Shown here piece by piece: positions 10,452 to 21,068 of a DNA stretch of 64,000 nucleotides. The DNA is taken from positions 4,736,835 through 4,800,834 of the forward strand of contig OX638352.1 in assembly GCA_951813545.1 (NCBI GenBank). The letters are read 5' to 3'. Below the pieces are notes generated by a model, which was not told the origin of the DNA, ran no database searches, and saw only the letters and a program-made list of their open reading frames with translations. Source of the DNA: an uncultured Poribacteria bacterium. GTDB lineage: Bacteria; Poribacteria; WGA-4E; WGA-3G. Positions within the stretch are counted from its first letter, which is position 1; the number at the start of each line of letters is the position of its first letter. The position numbers and the translations under genes are program-made.

Positions 10452-11597
10452 GTGGTTGCAGTGCCAAACATCTCGATGGAAAATCAGAAAACACGCGAAT
10501 TATTTGCGACGCTGAAGTTGCTGTCACCAGGTACTTATCTGAGGGAAGGTATTGATTATATCATCCAAGGCAAAACGGGCGGACTCATTGTGATTGGTGA
10601 TACGCCAGAGATCCTGGATTTGACAGAAGGTGGCTTCCGGATTAATTGCCCATATACACCGACACGCTTATATGAGTTATCAAAAATGGATGGCGCAATT
10701 ATACTTTCTGAAGATATAAAGCGCATCGTGCGTGCCAATGTGACGCTGCGAACAAGCTCCTCTGTTCCTTCTACTGAGACAGGACTTCGCCATCGCTCGG
10801 CGGATAAGTTTGCTAAAGAGATTGAGCATATCGTTCTTGCTGTATCACAGAGTCGTAATACTCTCACCTTGTATCTCAAAAATCAGCATTATATCTTCCG
10901 GGAATGTCCGACGTTGCTTTCCGGTGCGAACCAAACAATGCTTGCACTCACACAGCACCTCAAGGCACTGCAAAGTGCCATTGCGATTCTCAATTGGGCA
11001 GAGTTACGTGGGAATGCCACCTTAGCGGATGTTATCACTGCTATCCAATTGTGTGAACGGGTTCGCCGCGCTGAGCGGGAGCTGATCCGCTACAGAATTG
11101 AACTGGGGACGCAGGCGGAATCGCTACAACACATTCCCGAACTTACAACCGAGATTGAAAGTGGACTTCTGATTACAAAAGATTACTATCATGAAAGTCT
11201 GCGCGACGCATCTGAAGCGTTTAAGAAGATTCTGGGACTTGACGCAAACAGTCTCGCAAGTCAGGGTAATATTAGTGAAGCTTTGGGATATCCAAGTGAT
11301 ATTCCGAACACTTTTGATGTTCTTAAACCGCGTGGCTACCGGATGTTGAGTCAAGTGCCTTGCATTCCATTCACTACAATTGAAAACATCGTTCACAAGT
11401 TCAAAACGTTGGACGAAATTTACACAGCTGCTGTTGACGAACTTCAGGCGGTTGATGGGGTAGGAAAGGCGGAAGCAGCAACTATCAAAGACACACTCGC
11501 ACAAATGAAAACAACGAGTGTCCATCCTCATGTTCTTGCTTTGTCAGTGCCAAATGGTGAAAAGAGAAACCAACCCTTGAAGGATTGTGTTTTTTAG
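10452..11597 (+). CDS. disA: DNA integrity scanning protein DisA (diadenylate cyclase DAC domain plus C-terminal HhH)
   Basis: 381 aa. DAC motifs DGAIIL and GLRHRSA. C-terminal helix-hairpin-helix (LQAVDGVGKAEAATIKD). Confidence 0.7.
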   Translation: MVAVPNISMENQKTRELFATLKLLSPGTYLREGIDYIIQGKTGGLIVIGDTPEILDLTEGGFRINCPYTPTRLYELSKMDGAIILSEDIKRIVRANVTLRTSSSVPSTETGLRHRSADKFAKEIEHIVLAVSQSRNTLTLYLKNQHYIFRECPTLLSGANQTMLALTQHLKALQSAIAILNWAELRGNATLADVITAIQLCERVRRAERELIRYRIELGTQAESLQHIPELTTEIESGLLITKDYYHESLRDASEAFKKILGLDANSLASQGNISEALGYPSDIPNTFDVLKPRGYRMLSQVPCIPFTTIENIVHKFKTLDEIYTAAVDELQAVDGVGKAEAATIKDTLAQMKTTSVHPHVLALSVPNGEKRNQPLKDCVF

Positions 11598-11715
11598 AAA
11601 CTCGTAACAAATCGGAGACACGCGGCGCACGTCTATTTTCGTGTATTGTGGTGTTTCCGCTTAGAAACTTCAGAAGAAGGACAACGTAATCCTTCTTCTC
11701 CCTTACATTATAGCG

Positions 11716-13116
11716 ATGCTATACAGAGAAAAAATTGACAATTCGACTGGAACCATGCACACACAAACAGATAAAAGGAGTCAGAAAATGAAAGGGTTCA
11801 TCGCTTTATCGCGGAAGGGCAATATTGCACTGGGTAGAATTCTACTCATCGCTCTGATTCTCGCTGCGTTCGGTTTGACAGGATGCGGTGGGAAACTCGG
11901 AAAGATTGAAACATCGACGGTTGACACGGCGATTGCGGACGCTGACACGGCGATTGCAGCAGCACAAGCCGTTGATGCACCTTCGCTTGCGTCCGATTTG
12001 TTTGAAGCCGCGAAAGCCAATCTTGAAGCTGCCAGAACAGCACTCACGGAAAAAAGAGGCAACGATGCACTTCGCCTTGCATATCAAGCGACTGCTGATG
12101 CTACAGTCGCAAGAATGAATTCCGTCAACACCACCAAAAACTCGGAATTGAATGCGTCTATACTTCAGAGGGAAGCTGAGGCAGAAGCACTTCGCCATAC
12201 GCTCGGAAATAAAGAGCGGAAACTCGCAAGGGTTGAATCTGAAATTAAGGACATTCACAAAGAGGAAGAGCAACTGAACCAGAAAGTTCGGAACCTCCAG
12301 AAAGATAACCGTCAGTTGAGAAATTCACGGGAAACTTTTGGAAAACAGGTGGCGCAGCTTTCTGAAACTTTGGAAGAAATTCAGGGACGTGCCCAACGTG
12401 CAGAAGTCGAGATCGGTAATTACGGCAAGGAGATTGCAGCACTCCGCCGGAAACTCGAAGTCGCCGAAAGACGGGTGAAAGAAGAAGGGCATCAGAAACG
12501 AGCGGTTGTTTCTGAAATAGATTCTCTGAGGAGGCAACTCCGCGAACAAGCACAAATCTATACTGAGAAACTCGCTCAGGCAAATCAGCAGAGCTCAGAC
12601 GCGGTGCATGCAGAATATCTCAAACAGAAGGCACAAGAGGCGCGCTCCTTTGTTGACAGTCAACCGCCACTTCACCCTGCTAAAACAGGACGTATTTCTC
12701 TCTCTGCAGAACAGATCGCAACTGGTAAGGCTGCGCTTGGTAATTGGGAACGCGCATGGCATGCGAAAAACCTCAGCGGACATCTTGCGTATTATGAACC
12801 CAATGTTATTGCCGACAAGGTCGTGATCCGCGAAAGCAAAGAGCAGCGGAGCAAAATTGATCTGCAGCAATTGGAATCCGAACTTCATCAAATGAGTGCT
12901 AACGGTTGGGGCAAAGCGAAAACTGACACCGAGGTTGAAGGTGAAAGCGTCATAGGTATCCACCGGCTGACCCAATTGGCTACGCCCGCAGCAGACGAAA
13001 ACGCTACGGCACTCTACAATATCTGGATTCGTGAAGTTTGGATGCATCAAGTCGGTAACGACTGGAAAATCCATCATGAAATCTGGCAAATCTATGAGAA
13101 CGTGCCGAATTTCTAA
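11716..13116 (+). CDS. Lipoprotein with a long coiled coil and a C-terminal NTF2/SnoaL(DUF4440)-like domain
   Basis: Lipobox-like LTGCGG. An approximately 250-aa E/K/R/Q-rich coiled coil. C-terminal W-x2-AW...Y..Y pattern, paralogous to the domains of the next gene, with conserved C-termini WKIHHEIWQIYENVPNF and WRIYSETWSRYEDVPDF. Confidence 0.5.
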   Translation: MLYREKIDNSTGTMHTQTDKRSQKMKGFIALSRKGNIALGRILLIALILAAFGLTGCGGKLGKIETSTVDTAIADADTAIAAAQAVDAPSLASDLFEAAKANLEAARTALTEKRGNDALRLAYQATADATVARMNSVNTTKNSELNASILQREAEAEALRHTLGNKERKLARVESEIKDIHKEEEQLNQKVRNLQKDNRQLRNSRETFGKQVAQLSETLEEIQGRAQRAEVEIGNYGKEIAALRRKLEVAERRVKEEGHQKRAVVSEIDSLRRQLREQAQIYTEKLAQANQQSSDAVHAEYLKQKAQEARSFVDSQPPLHPAKTGRISLSAEQIATGKAALGNWERAWHAKNLSGHLAYYEPNVIADKVVIRESKEQRSKIDLQQLESELHQMSANGWGKAKTDTEVEGESVIGIHRLTQLATPAADENATALYNIWIREVWMHQVGNDWKIHHEIWQIYENVPNF

Positions 13117-13149
13117 GCACCAATCTCAACCAAGAACGGAGGTTAAATT

Positions 13150-14556
13150 GTGAACGACGCACAGAACCGGCAAGACAGCCAAAAGAAATTCACTATGCCC
13201 CGGAGTTTGATTTGGGGTGGTGCCGTTGCGGCAATCGTTATCGCTTTTGTATTATTTCTTGTGGTCTTCATGAGTTCCACTGAGATGCCTGCTGCCTTTT
13301 TAGCGAAATGGAAAAGTTCGCTTGAAACTGGTGATGTTAAAAGATATGAATCACTCTGGGTGAAAAGTGCGCGACAGCGCGCCAGTAGCGGTTATCAAGA
13401 TACAGCGAGACTCCTTAGAGATAAAGTAGACATCGAGGTTAACCTTGGAGGTGCTAGCCAACCGTACCGAGTGCCACGTTACACGAATCGTTTCCGGATT
13501 GAAGCGATTCCACTCATTGTCTCTTTCCCCGGCGAAACGCAACAGCAGATGCGAAATCTCGTCATTGAAAAGAGGGGTATTATCCAACAACGGTGGAAAA
13601 TTGTCATGGATGAGATAGTTGGCAGCGAATTGACCGCGACACTTCCAACTTCTGATTTCACACAGGAGACCGAAATTTCAGAACAGCCAAACAGCCCTGT
13701 AGTTCCGTTGGTTATGGCTTGGAAAGGCGCAGTAGAATCCCAAGATTTAAAGCAGTATACCGACTTGTGGGATAAATCCGCCCGAAAAAAGCGAGCAGCA
13801 AGTTTTGGACGTGCCACGGAACTGATGTCGCAAATCCATGTAATAGATCTCGCTGGAGCTATGTACACCGCTGTCCCACGGCATAAAAACCGGCACGTGG
13901 TTGACAACATTCACGTAACTCTGCAAGATGGCGGCGATATTATTGAGACACACATCCGCACACTTACTATTGAGAAAAAAGGGTTTTTCAGAAGAAAATG
14001 GAAACTCATTAACGATCAGATTGGTGTCGTGTCTGATTCTATTGCTCTTGCATCAGATGTATCAGGCGCAGACACTGTCTCCGGTGAGGAGTCGGGTGGT
14101 GCTTTCGATGGAAACGCCCCACTTGATACACACCTCAAAGTGAGGCAGGTCTTAGGGAAATGGCAGACAGCTTGGGAAGAGAAGGACCTGCAAACTTACA
14201 TGTCCATCTATTCAGAGAGATCTCGAATTACCCGTGTCAATGTGCGTGGTGGAAAGGAAACTAAGGTTCATCTCTCGAAAGGGCAGCTCCGCAGCAAGAT
14301 GAGAAAACTGAATACCATGTACGCTGATATCCAGGTCTCCATCTCTAATTTACAGGTTAACGGAGATCGGGCAGTGGCAGATGTCAAGTTTTTACAAAAA
14401 TTCAGTGGTACACCTGCGAGCGGTAGCCGTCCCGCCTACTCCGATTACGGCACCAAAAAGCTGAATCTCATGGTAGATCCGGCAGATGGACATTGGCGAA
14501 TCTACTCCGAGACATGGAGCCGCTACGAGGATGTACCTGATTTTCCAAAGATGTAG
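13150..14556 (+). CDS. Membrane-anchored protein with three tandem NTF2/SnoaL-like repeats
   Basis: N-terminal TM helix (GGAVAAIVIAFVLFLVVFM). Three repeats of the W-x3-(L/W)-x4-D(V/L)-x2-Y-x2-(L/I)(W/Y) pattern. Paralogous to the C-terminal domain of 11716..13116. Confidence 0.5.
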   Translation: MNDAQNRQDSQKKFTMPRSLIWGGAVAAIVIAFVLFLVVFMSSTEMPAAFLAKWKSSLETGDVKRYESLWVKSARQRASSGYQDTARLLRDKVDIEVNLGGASQPYRVPRYTNRFRIEAIPLIVSFPGETQQQMRNLVIEKRGIIQQRWKIVMDEIVGSELTATLPTSDFTQETEISEQPNSPVVPLVMAWKGAVESQDLKQYTDLWDKSARKKRAASFGRATELMSQIHVIDLAGAMYTAVPRHKNRHVVDNIHVTLQDGGDIIETHIRTLTIEKKGFFRRKWKLINDQIGVVSDSIALASDVSGADTVSGEESGGAFDGNAPLDTHLKVRQVLGKWQTAWEEKDLQTYMSIYSERSRITRVNVRGGKETKVHLSKGQLRSKMRKLNTMYADIQVSISNLQVNGDRAVADVKFLQKFSGTPASGSRPAYSDYGTKKLNLMVDPADGHWRIYSETWSRYEDVPDFPKM

Positions 14557-14574
14557 TCATGTGAACATTTTGCG

Positions 14575-14608
14575 GTTGGCGCGCTTGCAAGGCGCGCCAA
14601 CTTGTATT
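14575..14608 (+). terminator. Rho-independent terminator after 13150..14556
   Basis: Perfect 10-bp stem GTTGGCGCGC / GCGCGCCAAC with a 7-nt loop, followed by TTGTATT. Confidence 0.55.
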
Positions 14609-14622
14609 AAAGATAACCGAAC

Positions 14623-15039
14623 ATGTCCACCGAGTACCGAACCAAGCGTAGAATCGAGTTTACTGATACCGATATGGCAGGTATCGTCCATTTTACGCGA
14701 TTTTTTGTCTTTATGGAGACTGCGGAGCATGAATTCCTCCGCAGTTTAGGGACGAGCGTTGCCACCGAATGGAACGGCGATAAAATCGGATGGCCCCGAC
14801 TTGCTGCCTCTTGCGAATATTTAAGCCCGCTCCGGTTTGAAGACGAGGTGGATATTCATCTTGTGGTCTCCAAAAAAGGGACGAAATCGCTTACCTATCA
14901 ATTCCACTTCACACATCACGGAGAGGACATCGCACGTGGGCAACTCACAACAGTCTGTTGTGTGACAAATCCGGGTGAAAAACTACGTGCAATTCCTATC
15001 CCCGATTTCATTGCTAACCAGATACACTGTTCACCGTAG
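14623..15039 (+). CDS. Acyl-CoA thioesterase, hotdog fold (YbgC/FadM 4HBT family)
   Basis: 138 aa. N-terminal IEFTDTDMAGIVHFTRFFVFME, typical of 4HBT thioesterases. Confidence 0.8.
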   Translation: MSTEYRTKRRIEFTDTDMAGIVHFTRFFVFMETAEHEFLRSLGTSVATEWNGDKIGWPRLAASCEYLSPLRFEDEVDIHLVVSKKGTKSLTYQFHFTHHGEDIARGQLTTVCCVTNPGEKLRAIPIPDFIANQIHCSP

Positions 15040-15080
15040 ATGAGCCTTCCCACCTCACCTCACAGGAGATTACGAAGATC

Positions 15081-15776
15081 ATGAGACAATCGCTTACTGG
15101 CACTTTCTCGCTTAAAGTATCCAATCTATCTAAAGACTTCGGGACAGTTCAGGTATTACGAGATATTTCATTTGACTTCACAGACGATGTATCTGTCGCT
15201 ATCACCGGTCCCTCCGGCTCCGGTAAAAGTACACTTTTACATATCATTGGCACTTTAGAGAAACCCTCTAACGGACAGGTTAGGATTAACAACACGGATC
15301 CGTTTGCGCTTTCTGAACCTGAATTGGCACGATATCGGAATTCCGTGATAGGGTTTGTGTTTCAGGACCATCACTTGCTCCCGCAATATTCCGTGCTTGA
15401 AAATGTCCTCGTGCCTACACTCGCCTTTAAACAGGAACCTGACGCTACCGAACGGGCGCATGAACTCCTTGATCGGGTCGGGCTTACGGATCGTATATGG
15501 CATCGACCTGCTGAGCTTTCAGGTGGCGAACGGCAACGCGTCGCTATCGCGCGTGCACTTATCAACCAACCGGATATTCTCCTTTGCGATGAGCCGACAG
15601 GTAACCTCGATACTGCTACTACTGAAACTATCGCCAACCTGCTCTTTGAACTACATCAAGCCGAAAAAAACATATTGATTGTCGTTACACATAATCTTAC
15701 GCTCGCTTTGCGTTTTCAGGAACACCTCCAGCTTGTGGAAGGCAGGTGCAGCATCGAGGGCAATTCCGAATCGTAA
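15081..15776 (+). CDS. ABC transporter ATP-binding protein (LolD/MacB-type)
   Basis: Walker [10 protein letters not shown]. Signature [15 protein letters not shown]. Walker [13 protein letters not shown]. Confidence 0.85.
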   Translation: MRQSLTGTFSLKVSNLSKDFGTVQVLRDISFDFTDDVSVAITGPSGSGKSTLLHIIGTLEKPSNGQVRINNTDPFALSEPELARYRNSVIGFVFQDHHLLPQYSVLENVLVPTLAFKQEPDATERAHELLDRVGLTDRIWHRPAELSGGERQRVAIARALINQPDILLCDEPTGNLDTATTETIANLLFELHQAEKNILIVVTHNLTLALRFQEHLQLVEGRCSIEGNSES

Positions 15777-15864
15777 TGTGAAAAAGAGTATTAAAGAGAT
15801 ATTAGCAAACCGATAAAGGAGGTTTGCGGTCTGAACCAAAGAGCGTTTAGAACCAATTTTTTCA

Positions 15865-18800
15865 ATGTGCTTGCGTCAATTTAAAAAATCCTTTAGATAC
15901 TTTTGGCAAATACATCTTACTGTTGCACTCTGTACTGCTGTAGCAACAGGCGTACTTGCTGGCGCATTAATTGTCGGGGATTCCGTGCGTGGGAGTCTAC
16001 GGAGTCTCACAACTGAACGACTCGGCACAATTCAACATGCCCTCCTCGCAGACCACTTTTTTCAACCCAACCTATTAAATCGACAGGATAAGGTATCAGC
16101 GATTCTATTGAATGGGACAATCGTTGCACCACAGAAGCAGACGCGGGCATCAAAGGTGAACATCCTCGGTATAACGGAAAGTTTCTTTACGTTCTGGGAT
16201 GCGGACACTGCGCCAAATCTAAACAAAGCAGCTGGACAACCCTTCAATGCGATTGTCATTAACGAGGCACTCCAAAGTGAACTGAACGCCCAAGTCGGCG
16301 ATACGCTTCTGGTGAATATACCGCAAGTGGCTGACATCCATCCAGAATTCATCCTCGGTGAGCGCGATGCGTCTGAGGCTATCCAAAGCCTTCGTTTGGT
16401 TATCGGCGACGTTGTTCCCGCTGAAAACGTCGGTAGATTCAGTTTGCGAGTACATCAAAGCCTTCCGCTAAATGCCTTTATCGCACTTCCAGTTTTACAA
16501 AAAGCACTTGGACAGGAAAATAAAGTAAACGCCCTTTTTACAAAGCAAACGGCTCCGATTTCATCTGACGAGCTTGTATTAACGCTTGAAGCACTCGGAT
16601 TGAATATTCAGGAGCATGAAACCCATTTCGATCTCCAAAGTCAAGAGTATCTTCTTAAGCCGATCTTTTCAGAGGCTGCGTTGACGGTTGCAGTGCGGAA
16701 CCAGATTCCAACCTTTTCGACGCTCACCTATCTCGCGAATACGATTTCTGCGAATGGCAAAACCGTTCCATACTCCACAATTGTTGCACTCCCGACTGAC
16801 CAAGGAACGTTTGCGGAATATCTCGACAGGCACGTGACTGAAACAGATATGTGGGCGTATGGACAGGCATACGATCAGGAAATCAAACGGCGAGAACCGG
16901 AAATCTCTGAAGAAAATAAAAAACTGGACGAAAAGATAGACAGAATAACAAAAGAAGTGAACACGTTAGCGGAAACAGGGTCGAAACTGAGCAAAACAGA
17001 ATACAAGCAACGACTCGACGAAGCTGATATTGCCTCGACAGAAGTTCAAAACGCATTAAAAGCACATCGCGCTCGGAGGAAGCCTGGTGAGATCGTCCTG
17101 AATACATGGACGGCAGCGGATCTTGGGGTGAAAGTCGGCGACGGAATCAATATCACATATTATCGTGTCGGGGCGAGTGAGGAATACATCATAGAAACGG
17201 CATCTTTTCTGCTGAAGGGAATTCTACCGATTGAAGGCATCGCTGCGGATAGAGGTATCATCCCCACCTTTCCCGGTATCCATAATACTGCCGATATGTC
17301 CGAATGGGAATCGCCTTTTCCAATTGATTACGCCCTTATTCGCGACAAGGACGAGGCGTATTGGGATGAATACGGTGCGACACCGAAAGCGTTTATCTCG
17401 CTGGAAACCGGTCAGCGGTTGTGGCAGAATCGATTCGGCACCCTCACAAGTATTCGGATGACCACCGCACCGGACACAGACATTCGTGAAACGCTCACCC
17501 GTTTTGAAACCGAATTCCTCAAAAAGATTCAGCCAGAGGAGGTTGGATTTCAATTCTTATCGCTTCAGGCAGATGGACTTCAAGCCTCTACGGGCGCGAC
17601 GGACTTCGGGATGCTCTTTGGCAGTCTGAGTGCCTTTATCATTATTGCGGTTGCCTTGCTGGTGGGGATGCTTTTCCGAATCGGTGTAGAGCAAAGATCG
17701 CGTGAAATAGGTATCCTACAGGCTATTGGTTACCCGCTTGTCAAGATCCGCCGTCGTTTCCTATATGAGGGGGGCATCATCGCTGGTATCGGTAGTCTCA
17801 TCGGGTGTCTGCTCGCTGTAGGTTACGCACAGCTGATGATATTTGGGCTACAGACGTGGTGGTTGCCTGCCATTGGGACTCCGTTTATGGAACTTCACGC
17901 CAGTCCGTGGAGTCTACTGAGTGGCGTGCTTATCTCACTGGCTGTTGTGATGATTTCTATCCGTGTGACTGTCCACAAATTGGGGAAAACTTCGGTTGTA
18001 TCGCTCCTCGCCGGTGGAACCGATTTTGTTGATGCAACGACAACAAGCAAGCCCAAAACTCGGAAAGCAGGACCCTTTCTCTTTTTTGTCGCCTTGGTTG
18101 GTATAGGTGTAGGCATATTAGTGGGGAATCCTATAGTTCGTTTGCTATGTGTTGCACTTACTATTATTGCTATAGGGGCGGAGGCATTCGATAGATGGTT
18201 AAAATCACAGAATGCATCAAAACGGTTGAGTAGGATGCGATTTGCCGTCAAAAATGCTGGGCGGCAGCCCGGACGGAGCACAACCTGTGTTATAACAGTC
18301 GGGATCGCGTGCTGTATCATCGTCGCTGTAGGCGCGAATCGACACGACGCACCGCCAGAGACAGAATATGCTTTTGTTGCTGAGTCCTCGCTCCCGTTAC
18401 ATCACAGCCTCAATACACCGGACGGCAGATTTGAACTCGGCTTTTCTGAGAACGCCTCCGAACTCCTCAGTGCGTCAGAAATAATTCCGTTTCGTGTTTT
18501 GCCGGGCGAAGATGTGAGCTGCCTCAACCTCTATCAGCCCCAGAAACCACAAATTTTGGGTGCCTCTGACACCATGTTAGATGAATTCCCTTGGCGCAAA
18601 CTCAAACTAAAACTCAGCGAAATCGGTAGAGTCCTTGCTATCGGGGACGAGAAGTCGCTTCGTTGGATTTTACACCATGACCCGAAAGACGATTTTCTCG
18701 TCCAAGATGAATTTGGAAAAGCACTCCGTCTCGAACTTGAGACGGTTGAGAACAGCATTTTCCAAAGCCAATTGATTATCTCTGAGTCGAATTTCACGAA

Positions 18801-19338
18801 ATACTTTCCGAGCCAAAGCGGATACCAGTTTTTTCTCATCAAAACGCCGCCCGCGCTGCGGGAGGAAACCGCACAGATTTTAGAGAAAACACTGAGTGAT
18901 TACGGGTTTGATCTTACGTCAGCAGCGGCGCGGTTGGCAAGTTATCGAGCGGTTGAAAACACCTATATTTCCACTTTCCAGAGTCTTGGTGGTTTAGGGG
19001 TGCTCCTCGGTACATTCGGGCTGGCACTGGTACTGTTTAGGAATATCATTGAGCGTCGCGGGGAATTGGCGACCCTACGCGCCTTCGGTTTCCAACGACG
19101 ATTACTCTCGCGGATGTTGTTTCTTGAAAACTGCTTTCTTCTTGTAATCGGGATGTTCATCGGAATTGCCGCTGGGCTTGCCGCAATTCTCGCTTCGCAA
19201 GGACATCTCCCTTCCTTTCCATGGTTTTCCCTCACAATTACCTTGCTTTTCATCTTCGGTTTTGGTATAATTGCAAATGCAGTTGCTGTTGCCGTGGCAC
19301 TCCGAAGTCCGCTCCTGTCAACGCTTAAATCGGAGTAA
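15865..19338 (+). CDS. ABC transporter permease, FtsX-like (MacB/LolE family), duplicated domains
   Basis: 1157 aa. Two FtsX-type four-helix membrane domains (around residues 580-700 and 1040-1150), each preceded by a large periplasmic domain. It is immediately downstream of the LolD-like ATPase. Confidence 0.8.
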   Translation: MCLRQFKKSFRYFWQIHLTVALCTAVATGVLAGALIVGDSVRGSLRSLTTERLGTIQHALLADHFFQPNLLNRQDKVSAILLNGTIVAPQKQTRASKVNILGITESFFTFWDADTAPNLNKAAGQPFNAIVINEALQSELNAQVGDTLLVNIPQVADIHPEFILGERDASEAIQSLRLVIGDVVPAENVGRFSLRVHQSLPLNAFIALPVLQKALGQENKVNALFTKQTAPISSDELVLTLEALGLNIQEHETHFDLQSQEYLLKPIFSEAALTVAVRNQIPTFSTLTYLANTISANGKTVPYSTIVALPTDQGTFAEYLDRHVTETDMWAYGQAYDQEIKRREPEISEENKKLDEKIDRITKEVNTLAETGSKLSKTEYKQRLDEADIASTEVQNALKAHRARRKPGEIVLNTWTAADLGVKVGDGINITYYRVGASEEYIIETASFLLKGILPIEGIAADRGIIPTFPGIHNTADMSEWESPFPIDYALIRDKDEAYWDEYGATPKAFISLETGQRLWQNRFGTLTSIRMTTAPDTDIRETLTRFETEFLKKIQPEEVGFQFLSLQADGLQASTGATDFGMLFGSLSAFIIIAVALLVGMLFRIGVEQRSREIGILQAIGYPLVKIRRRFLYEGGIIAGIGSLIGCLLAVGYAQLMIFGLQTWWLPAIGTPFMELHASPWSLLSGVLISLAVVMISIRVTVHKLGKTSVVSLLAGGTDFVDATTTSKPKTRKAGPFLFFVALVGIGVGILVGNPIVRLLCVALTIIAIGAEAFDRWLKSQNASKRLSRMRFAVKNAGRQPGRSTTCVITVGIACCIIVAVGANRHDAPPETEYAFVAESSLPLHHSLNTPDGRFELGFSENASELLSASEIIPFRVLPGEDVSCLNLYQPQKPQILGASDTMLDEFPWRKLKLKLSEIGRVLAIGDEKSLRWILHHDPKDDFLVQDEFGKALRLELETVENSIFQSQLIISESNFTKYFPSQSGYQFFLIKTPPALREETAQILEKTLSDYGFDLTSAAARLASYRAVENTYISTFQSLGGLGVLLGTFGLALVLFRNIIERRGELATLRAFGFQRRLLSRMLFLENCFLLVIGMFIGIAAGLAAILASQGHLPSFPWFSLTITLLFIFGFGIIANAVAVAVALRSPLLSTLKSE

Positions 19339-19427
19339 AATCTCTGTATACGTGTTTTTTAGCGTAGGTAAACTCTCAAACCTGTTTGTTTGAAGTCTTG
19401 CTGCGTGAGGTTTCCAATTAGGGACAC

Positions 19428-20045
19428 ATGATGCATCCTATTACATTCAGAACTGCGCCTCATATCATCTGTGCAGCGATGCTCGTTTCCTGCTTTTTGA
19501 TGCAGAGCGGGTGTTCCAGTGATTCAGACCCAAATACGCCAAGCGCACTGGGGCACATGGAACGCGGATGGAGTGCCTACGAGTCGGGTAACTATGCGCA
19601 AGCATTGCTCAATTTTGAGCGGGCGATCAACTTTGATGAGGAACTTGCCGATGCGCACAACGGAGTGGGATGGAGTCATCTCAGCCTATCGCTGAATCCG
19701 CCGTTGGCACAGGAGGCATTCCAAAACGCCGTACAACTTGATGCCTCAAATGCGGACGCATGGGTTGGGCTAGCGAACGTACTCTACTTACGGCACAAAG
19801 ATGCCAAAGATGCCACTGATTTCAGGTCTGCTATCCGAGCGATTGATAACGCCTTACAGGGGGACGCGCAATACCTCTTTCGGCATGACTATCATTCCAA
19901 TGCGGAACTCTATGCGCTTAAGGCGGCGTGCTACTATTATATCGGTGAGAACCAATCCGCGAGGCAGGAGGCTAACAAGGCACTCCAAATTGATACGACA
20001 AATAGGACTGCTATTGTCCTACAAAATCTACTGAAGGAAGAATAG
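19428..20045 (+). CDS. TPR-repeat lipoprotein
   Basis: Signal plus lipobox (LMQSGCSS). TPR-like repeats (YAQALLNFERAINFDEELADAHNGVGW...). Confidence 0.6.
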   Translation: MMHPITFRTAPHIICAAMLVSCFLMQSGCSSDSDPNTPSALGHMERGWSAYESGNYAQALLNFERAINFDEELADAHNGVGWSHLSLSLNPPLAQEAFQNAVQLDASNADAWVGLANVLYLRHKDAKDATDFRSAIRAIDNALQGDAQYLFRHDYHSNAELYALKAACYYYIGENQSARQEANKALQIDTTNRTAIVLQNLLKEE

Positions 20046-20129
20046 CATCCGCATTTCTTGCTTTCAAATCACCCAATTTTCACATTTCTATCTTCATTAT
20101 CTCAAATTTTGAATTTAGGAGAAAAGAGT

Positions 20130-21023
20130 ATGTCTCAAAACGTTATTACATCTACACAATTAACTAACTTAACCCCGGCGCACAGCGGTAAAGTGCGCGA
20201 TCTCTATGACCTCGGTGATGAACTCCTGATCATCTCCACGGATCGGATTTCTGCCTTTGATGTCGTTTTACCAAACGGTATCCCAGATAAAGGTAGCGTT
20301 TTAACCGGTTTGTCCAAATTCTGGTTTAACTACACCGAATCTGTCGCCGAAAATCACCTTATTACGACTGAGGTTGAAGATTACCCCGATACGTTACACC
20401 CCGATGCGGAACTCTTAAAAGGACGCTCTATGCTCGTTCACAAAGCGGATCGGGTTGATATTGAGTGCGTTGTCCGTGGTTATCTCGCAGGATCTGGCTG
20501 GTCCTCATACCAGAAGACAGGCGAAATCTGTGGGCAGAAACTTCCCGATGGGCTACGCGAATCTGAACGGCTCCCTGAGCTTCTATTCACGCCCACAACC
20601 AAAGCTGAACACGGTGCGCATGACGAACCGATCTCTATTGAAGAGATGAAGAACCAAGTCGGTGGCGAACTTACAGATCGATTGATTGATGCCAGTTTCG
20701 AGCTTTTCAAAGCTGCGAGTCAGCACGCGGAAAGTGCCGGTATTATCCTCTGTGATACCAAGTTTGAGTTCGGGCAACGCGATGGCAAACTGATTGTTAT
20801 TGATGAAGTCTTTACACCTGATTCATCTCGCTTCTGGCCCGCTGATCTTTACGAACCCGGTAAGCCTCAGCAGAGTTTCGATAAGCAGTTCGTACGGGAT
20901 TATCTCTCTGAAATTCGTTGGAACAAAGAACCCCCCGCGCCTGAGTTACCAGAGACGGTTATCTCCAAAACGAGTGAGAAGTACCGCGAGGCGTATCGTC
21001 TCATCGTTGGTGAAGAGTTGTAG
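20130..21023 (+). CDS. purC: Phosphoribosylaminoimidazole-succinocarboxamide synthase (SAICAR synthetase)
   Basis: SGKVRDLYDLGDELLIISTDRISAFDVVLPNGIPDKG. Start refined to ATG 20130, which is preceded by a GGAG RBS. The ORF-track start at 20058 is an upstream extension. Confidence 0.85.
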   Translation: MSQNVITSTQLTNLTPAHSGKVRDLYDLGDELLIISTDRISAFDVVLPNGIPDKGSVLTGLSKFWFNYTESVAENHLITTEVEDYPDTLHPDAELLKGRSMLVHKADRVDIECVVRGYLAGSGWSSYQKTGEICGQKLPDGLRESERLPELLFTPTTKAEHGAHDEPISIEEMKNQVGGELTDRLIDASFELFKAASQHAESAGIILCDTKFEFGQRDGKLIVIDEVFTPDSSRFWPADLYEPGKPQQSFDKQFVRDYLSEIRWNKEPPAPELPETVISKTSEKYREAYRLIVGEEL

Positions 21024-21068
21024 AATCGGACTGCGTTCACGATTTCCGTTAGACCGAGGAGATGACGG

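Noticed and set aside
20058-20129. Upstream extension of the purC ORF
   Set aside because: A canonical PurC N-terminus with an RBS begins at 20130. The extension would overlap the TPR gene terminator region and adds a non-conserved hydrophobic peptide.
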